64,000 bases of DNA from IMG/VR virus record IMGVR_UViG_3300009512_000010, positions 95,935 through 159,934 of that record. One strand, 5' to 3'. This document shows, piece by piece, positions 58,593-64,000 of this stretch (position 1 is its first letter; each line of letters opens with the position of its first letter). The notes beneath the pieces are model-generated. The model had not been told where the DNA came from, ran no database searches, and worked only from the letters and a program-made list of their open reading frames with translations. A program made the translations under genes and the position numbers. Source of the DNA: a virus.

Positions 58593-59087
58593 GAGGAGCA
58601 TTGTTGTATACTTCACAACGTCAATAAAGGTTTTAGCCTTTCTAAGCTTCGCCTTAGTCTCACGGTCTTTACTCGTTTTGATAATGTCCATTTCAAATAT
58701 TCTGAGCTTTGTTAGAAACAACTTTTCTTTCATATCATCATCGTCATATGGTTCAAATAGTGTATCCACCAACGCTTCGTGTAGGTTATTATCTACACCT
58801 TCGCCCTCATAAATAAGTTCCATCTCTTTGCCAGTGGCAATGATCATCTCTTTGAATGCTTCGTTCTCTCTACGGAACTTGTTGAAAGTGTTTTCGTGAA
58901 TGATGTCGATGTCGATCTTACTTGTCAACCACTCATAATCAGCATCTCCAGCCTTAGCTTCGATGTGAAAGGGAATAAGAACCACATGATCTTCAGTCGA
59001 TTCTTCAGCAAAAAGCATTGCCTCAATCTCGGTACGTTCATTGTTAGTGAAGTGTGCTGTGCTGATTTCTAAATTGTGTATTGTCAT
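58578..59087 (-). CDS. Hypothetical protein downstream of fibre genes
   Basis: Start MTIHNL at 59087, directly after the upstream stop (the track gives 59207). Confidence 0.6.
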   Translation of the reverse strand: MTIHNLEISTAHFTNNERTEIEAMLFAEESTEDHVVLIPFHIEAKAGDADYEWLTSKIDIDIIHENTFNKFRRENEAFKEMIIATGKEMELIYEGEGVDNNLHEALVDTLFEPYDDDDMKEKLFLTKLRIFEMDIIKTSKDRETKAKLRKAKTFIDVVKYTTMLLSPEV

Positions 59088-59088
59088 T

Positions 59089-60015
59089 TTACACCTGTTC
59101 CATTTTAAGTCTGTGGGTTGAAGCAGTAACGGCAGAACCGTTAGGGAATTCCTGTGCACGATAGTCATCAAGACCAACGTAACGTGTTTGGTGATCACCA
59201 TCGCCATTAAGGATAGTATCTGCCATACCAGATCCTAGATTAGTTCCAGTGCCATTAAGATTGTATGATATTTTACTCCCAACGATCTCTGATGCGGCAT
59301 GTTTCATACAGTTCTGTAGCCACGCATCCATCTCTGCCTGAGTATATTGTTCTATATTCTTATCTGCGTTTCTGATAAACAACATCTGTGACATAGAAGG
59401 AGCCGCAATGTTATCAGCCGCCAGAAGATAGTAGTTAGTAACTGTAGTAGGTTGGTCTAATGTCTCTTCTATTTCAGCCGCAGTATATAGAGTGGTATCT
59501 GCTCTTGTATCGGCATATACTATGTCTGTAGATACTGCACTATATCCACTTAATGTTGTGGCTGTATGAATGTAATATGTTCCTGGTTGTCCAGCGGCAC
59601 CTGTGATCGTATCAATAGAAGGGTAGATAAATGTATCATAAACATCAGTTAAAGTCATGGCTTGGATATCACCACTTGTCTGATAGACTGGAAATGCAAC
59701 ACTATTAGTATCTGCCGTAGCCGTTGTATCGGTTCTAGTTTCAGTAATATGAGCACGTTGGACTGTAACTGTAGATGGTTCCGCCGTGGTTGCTTCATCT
59801 GGTAATGCTGTTGTGCTTGTTGACACTGCACCAGCTTGTTTACGTGTATCAGAAAGATTACCCAACCCACCAGAAGACGCAACACGTGATAGTGTAACAG
59901 ATGGAGAGGCTCCATACAAATATCTACATCTATCTTTAACTGCGTCTATTTGAGCCGTTGTCATCTCTATGAGATTATTCGACCCATCTAGTATAAGAGG
60001 AGTTCTAACTGTCAT
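59089..60015 (-). CDS. Virion structural protein (fibre-associated)
   Basis: 308 aa, T/A/S-rich; MTVRTPL, YRAQEFPNG; coupled to the upstream fibre gene. Confidence 0.55.
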   Translation of the reverse strand: MTVRTPLILDGSNNLIEMTTAQIDAVKDRCRYLYGASPSVTLSRVASSGGLGNLSDTRKQAGAVSTSTTALPDEATTAEPSTVTVQRAHITETRTDTTATADTNSVAFPVYQTSGDIQAMTLTDVYDTFIYPSIDTITGAAGQPGTYYIHTATTLSGYSAVSTDIVYADTRADTTLYTAAEIEETLDQPTTVTNYYLLAADNIAAPSMSQMLFIRNADKNIEQYTQAEMDAWLQNCMKHAASEIVGSKISYNLNGTGTNLGSGMADTILNGDGDHQTRYVGLDDYRAQEFPNGSAVTASTHRLKMEQV

Positions 60016-60019
60016 CTAA

Positions 60020-61441
60020 TTAACTTCCTGCACCATATAGTGTCTTGACTGCCGTGCCATCAGAACTATATATCACGAATGTAACAACGTCTTTTAGTTC
60101 TGCTTGAGAAACGGCATCATCTCCAATTTCACTTTCGCCCACTGCACCTGCTGATATACCATCCGCAGTTACGGCATTTGTCGCAATGTGATCCGCAGTT
60201 ACCGCATCGTCAGAAATGTGTTCTGAAGCGATAGCATCGTCTGAAATCTTAGTTCCGTTAACAGCATCAGCACCAAGTAAGTCTGAAGTGATTAATAGCT
60301 CAGAAACAACACCGCCTGCTGATGTGGATCCTAATACTCTATTAGCCGTAACGACATTCTGCATCTTGGCATAAGTGATTGCATCATCTGCCACCTTACC
60401 TGTGGTCACATTTAAATCTGCGATCTTTGCAGTTGTCACCGCTAAAGCATTAATCTTTGTTGTTGTCACCGCCGAAGTATTGAGTTTATTGGTAATGACT
60501 GAGTTTGTTGCTAATTTAACCGCAGTGATAGATCCGTCTTCAATCAAAGAAGCATCTAATGAGCCTGACTTGATAGCAATGTGACCACTAGTTGCATCAA
60601 ATGATGCTGAGTCGAATGATGCAATGCCTTTGTTAGTTAATGAAGCATCCTCACCTGATATCACACCAGATGAAATGTCTATACCTTCGCCTGCTGAAAT
60701 AGCACTTCTAATATTAGTATTCGTTACTTTATTATATGTGTAGACACCATTGTTACCATATGCAAGAGAACCATATCCTGTACCACTATTTGCCGCACCG
60801 AATATTTCAATAACAACGTCTGAGTCAACACCAGCGATCTTAACTTCGTTAATAGCTCCAACAATACTATTTTTTGCTACTGTCAGTAGATCCCCAAGAG
60901 GACCCACAACTGTCGCCGCACTATCCACTTGTGCATGGATTTCGCCAATAGCCGCACCAACTGTGCTTGCTGTCGTACCCATAACACCAACTGAAATCGT
61001 ACCTAGAGATGTTTCTGCCGCATTCGCTTTTGTTAGTGCAGTTGAAGCATTAGCATCTACTTCGTTAATAGCAACAACAATGTTCTGATCAGCATCTGTA
61101 GTCAAGGAAGTTCTTGTACCTACGTCACTGTCAAGGTTATTGATTTGGACTTCGTGTTCGTTGATTGCGCCCTTAATAGTGGACGCACTAGTTGTTAGGG
61201 AAGCTGAACCAATCTCTGCATCTAGCTCGTTAATAGCCGATTTGATGCTAGACTTGTCTATTGTTGTGAGATTGGCAATTCCTCCAATGTCACTATCCAA
61301 ACTGTTAATGGCTTGTACAACGTCACTGTCTGCCCCCGAAGTGGACATCAGTGTGATATCACCGACATCATAAGAGATATCGTTGACTTTTGTTTTGAAA
61401 GCGGATACAGTATCCGTGAGTGTTACGTGCGTTCTAGCCAT
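60020..61441 (-). CDS. Fibre protein with coiled-coil and AVT..KIA repeats
   Basis: IG....L.T......AINE repeats, AGEGIDI, about ten AVTxxKI-type repeats, C-terminal KTLYGAGS. Confidence 0.75.
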   Translation of the reverse strand: MARTHVTLTDTVSAFKTKVNDISYDVGDITLMSTSGADSDVVQAINSLDSDIGGIANLTTIDKSSIKSAINELDAEIGSASLTTSASTIKGAINEHEVQINNLDSDVGTRTSLTTDADQNIVVAINEVDANASTALTKANAAETSLGTISVGVMGTTASTVGAAIGEIHAQVDSAATVVGPLGDLLTVAKNSIVGAINEVKIAGVDSDVVIEIFGAANSGTGYGSLAYGNNGVYTYNKVTNTNIRSAISAGEGIDISSGVISGEDASLTNKGIASFDSASFDATSGHIAIKSGSLDASLIEDGSITAVKLATNSVITNKLNTSAVTTTKINALAVTTAKIADLNVTTGKVADDAITYAKMQNVVTANRVLGSTSAGGVVSELLITSDLLGADAVNGTKISDDAIASEHISDDAVTADHIATNAVTADGISAGAVGESEIGDDAVSQAELKDVVTFVIYSSDGTAVKTLYGAGS

Positions 61442-61660
61442 TTAAATTTTCTCTACAATTTGAGCCAACAGTTGTTTGATATCGCCTAATTCATTCTGTA
61501 GGTTTCGTACATCTGCTTTCAGTTGTTTATCTTCTCGGTCTTTTGTAGCTCGTGTCTTTTTACGTTCACGTGCTGTTGTGATCTCATCTCTATTTATATT
61601 GATTATAGCACCCGAATTTGGGTCTCTTACCAAATCCGAATGCCCACTTACTTTAATCAT
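61442..61660 (-). CDS. Small conserved T4-like hypothetical protein
   Basis: KVSGHSDLVRD..SGAIIN followed by a coiled coil; typical follower of the large structural gene. Confidence 0.7.
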   Translation of the reverse strand: MIKVSGHSDLVRDPNSGAIININRDEITTARERKKTRATKDREDKQLKADVRNLQNELGDIKQLLAQIVEKI

Positions 61661-64000
61661 TATACACTCAACGCTATGATTCTTAGGTCTTTGATGACTG
61701 GTGGTGTTGATGTGTTACTAGATTTCAGCACAATCTTAAGTTGGAATTGTGAGAATGCTTCCATAGTGCCACCATCTCCACCTACAAGGTATCTATATTC
61801 TCTAAACACGTTAGGGTTTTCATCTGAAGGTATTTCAGTTTCTTTAGTGGCTAACACCCAAGTCGAGTCTAATAGGTTACCAACCGCATCCGTATCTGAG
61901 GCATTTGTTCTATAGTAAACATCAAAGTCTGCCGCAGAAGGTCTGTTTGCGCCAATTAGGATCTTAATTCCTACTGCACTTTCTTCTAAAGCAACTGGTT
62001 GTGTGATGTGCTTAGATAGACTTGAGCCACCTGTTGAGTTGGTTTCTGCAATGTATACGAGTGGAACGTTTTCATTACTTGCCGCACTACTGGCAACCTG
62101 TCTATCCACTAAGTTCTTGATACCAGTTACAGACGAGCGTTGTAGATCCACCACAGGACATACAAGATCAGTGTTAGTCTTTAGATTGATCTTGTGTGTA
62201 ATAGACTTAGCACCACTCATGTTTAGCGTCGAGTTCTCTGAAGAAGCAATCGTTCTAGTTGTTAAGAAGATATTGTTGTTTCTATTAGAGATGGGCGCAT
62301 AAACCGTATCTTTAGTGTACGCCGTTTCAGTTCCAGCCCAAGACTTACCTGATGTAAACTTAGCTGAGTGTGATATCAAGGTTGATGGTGGTGATAACGT
62401 TTCGAAGTAAGGAATTAGTGTGTCGATTTCAACGTTTCTCGTCATAGTCACGGCAGAACCACCGCCTGCTACAGTAGAAGACGCTACATCTGATGCACCT
62501 GCCGTAAATTCAAATCCATAGCCATCTACCTTAGTCACTGTTCTTTGACCATTGATGTTAGCCGCCGCAATACCACCGAATGTTACTGCGCCTGCAATTG
62601 TTGTCTTGTCATTAACTAATAGACCATGACCAATTGACAATACTTGAACAGTTCCTGATGAGTTTGTAACTCCCAATGGATTTGCTCCTAAAGCAACTAC
62701 TGGTACATTGGCATTCTCTAGAACCACATCACCTGTCGTATCAAACTTAGCACGATCAAGTGTAAATGTCAAGTCTCTCTCTTGATCTGCTGTCCAAGTT
62801 CTTGCGTTTTGAGACTTAAACAATGAACCCAATGTAGGTTGTTTAGTAACACGTTTCTCTGTAGATCCCACGATAAGATCCCCTGCCTTCGCAACGAATA
62901 CGTGATATCCAGTTGTGTCTGCTAGTAATACCATAGAGTATTCTGTATTACCGTTTAAGTATACAGGCTCTTCAAACTCAAAGTATGTTACCACAGTACC
63001 ATCTTCACTTGTACTAATAGCACTTGGTGATAATGATTTTACACCGTTAGGAACAATTTCATCTGCCGATGGTACACCATTAACTGTTGGTCTAATTTGA
63101 CAAATAACAGGAACAGTAGTATCCTTTGATTGAAACCTAACACCGATACGAGTTACGAACAGACCTTCAGTCTCATTGACCATAAATGTCTGAGCTAATG
63201 GATCCGATCTTCTGTTATTATTACGGTTAGTAGTTTGTTGTGGTTGAGTAACAGGGCGATTTGGTCTCGGTCTTGGAACAGTAGTCGTTGAACCACCGAT
63301 AGTAAGTACACGAGTAGATGTGAATGTCGCTTGTCTTGTTTCCAACACACCAGCCGATGTGAATGGAGACATCGCAACAGATGTTGCAAACTCTTCTTCT
63401 GGAACACTAATGTCTAGAATTTTGAATTCACGAGTACCTGTTCTAAATTTAGTTGCACCGTTTGGAATGAAGAACGAACCTTCAATACTACCTTCTGCAT
63501 CTGTGGTAAGTGTTGACTTTCCATTTGGATGCTCAACAGCATTAATATACTGGTTACCATAATCTTCAACAGTATTAGCAAATCTTGTAAACGATTCTGC
63601 TTTTACCCAATCTGCAATTGGCTTGTTATTAAAGAATGCATACACTTGAGTATTTGGTCTTAAACCAAATCCACGGAAGCTTACTTTCTTAGATCTCATG
63701 AATGGGATGAAAGCAACGTCTAGTACACGATCTTCAACAAACTCACGAACTGTCTCTGAAGCAACAACTCTATCGACTGATGTAGTTCTTCCCACTGTCG
63801 ATGATGCAAGTTGTGTTCCAACGTTTAGCTGATCCTCACGACCAACCCAATTCCATCTCCAATTGTTCCACAGTGTTGCAGTGCCGTTGTTACGTAGTCT
63901 TGTACCACCGTCTTCAACACGATCTGGTTTACGGTCAACGTCAACCCACTCATCTGAAGCGGGAGATAGCTCAATAAACCCTTGACCAATAATAACCGCA
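61660..64000 (-). CDS. Large virion structural protein (DUF4815-like), 5' end outside the window
   Basis: The frame stays open upstream of 63795 to the window edge (IELSPASDEW...WNNWRWNW); DPLAQTF, GSLFKSQNA.TW, P.IKDLRIIAL. Confidence 0.8.
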   Translation of the reverse strand, partial: AVIIGQGFIELSPASDEWVDVDRKPDRVEDGGTRLRNNGTATLWNNWRWNWVGREDQLNVGTQLASSTVGRTTSVDRVVASETVREFVEDRVLDVAFIPFMRSKKVSFRGFGLRPNTQVYAFFNNKPIADWVKAESFTRFANTVEDYGNQYINAVEHPNGKSTLTTDAEGSIEGSFFIPNGATKFRTGTREFKILDISVPEEEFATSVAMSPFTSAGVLETRQATFTSTRVLTIGGSTTTVPRPRPNRPVTQPQQTTNRNNNRRSDPLAQTFMVNETEGLFVTRIGVRFQSKDTTVPVICQIRPTVNGVPSADEIVPNGVKSLSPSAISTSEDGTVVTYFEFEEPVYLNGNTEYSMVLLADTTGYHVFVAKAGDLIVGSTEKRVTKQPTLGSLFKSQNARTWTADQERDLTFTLDRAKFDTTGDVVLENANVPVVALGANPLGVTNSSGTVQVLSIGHGLLVNDKTTIAGAVTFGGIAAANINGQRTVTKVDGYGFEFTAGASDVASSTVAGGGSAVTMTRNVEIDTLIPYFETLSPPSTLISHSAKFTSGKSWAGTETAYTKDTVYAPISNRNNNIFLTTRTIASSENSTLNMSGAKSITHKINLKTNTDLVCPVVDLQRSSVTGIKNLVDRQVASSAASNENVPLVYIAETNSTGGSSLSKHITQPVALEESAVGIKILIGANRPSAADFDVYYRTNASDTDAVGNLLDSTWVLATKETEIPSDENPNVFREYRYLVGGDGGTMEAFSQFQLKIVLKSSNTSTPPVIKDLRIIALSV

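Noticed and set aside
1-64000. tRNA, rRNA, integrase, transposase or diversity-generating retroelement
   Set aside because: Intergenic gaps are short and none showed a cloverleaf by eye; no recombinase, transposase or reverse transcriptase motifs were recognised. A tRNAscan/Infernal run would confirm.

Overview
This window is a segment of a T4-like (myovirus) bacteriophage genome of roughly 40% GC. The conserved head/tail block lies on the minus strand at 1-17 kb (gp23, 22, 21, 67, 20, 19, 18, 17, 16, 15, 14, 13), with TATAAATA late promoters and a 4.5-kb fibre-like cassette inserted between gp67 and gp21. The remaining ~47 kb holds virion fibre/structural genes interleaved with two large enzyme islands. 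Island 1 (17-33 kb) encodes a GT25 + PLOD-type glycosyltransferase + lysyl-hydroxylase fusion, two further Fe/2OG oxygenases and nine radical SAM proteins; five of these form a paralogous family with a CxxxCxGCF...IGPTD signature. It also carries two paralogous 128-aa proteins ending in an identical LCHSSCHTSCHTSRGRR tail, directly downstream of two Gly-X-Lys collagen-like fibres. This looks like a phage-encoded, RiPP-like protein-modification system plus a self-contained collagen Lys-hydroxylation/glycosylation pathway. Island 2 (43-58.6 kb) encodes four more radical SAM cores, two stand-alone SPASM/twitch domains, two QueC-like PP-loop enzymes, a nitroreductase, a DegT aminotransferase, a carbamoyltransferase, SGNH-like proteins, a methyltransferase and glycosyltransferase-like proteins. 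I recognised no tRNA, rRNA, CRISPR array or mobile element. All family calls come from motif recognition by eye; no database search was run.
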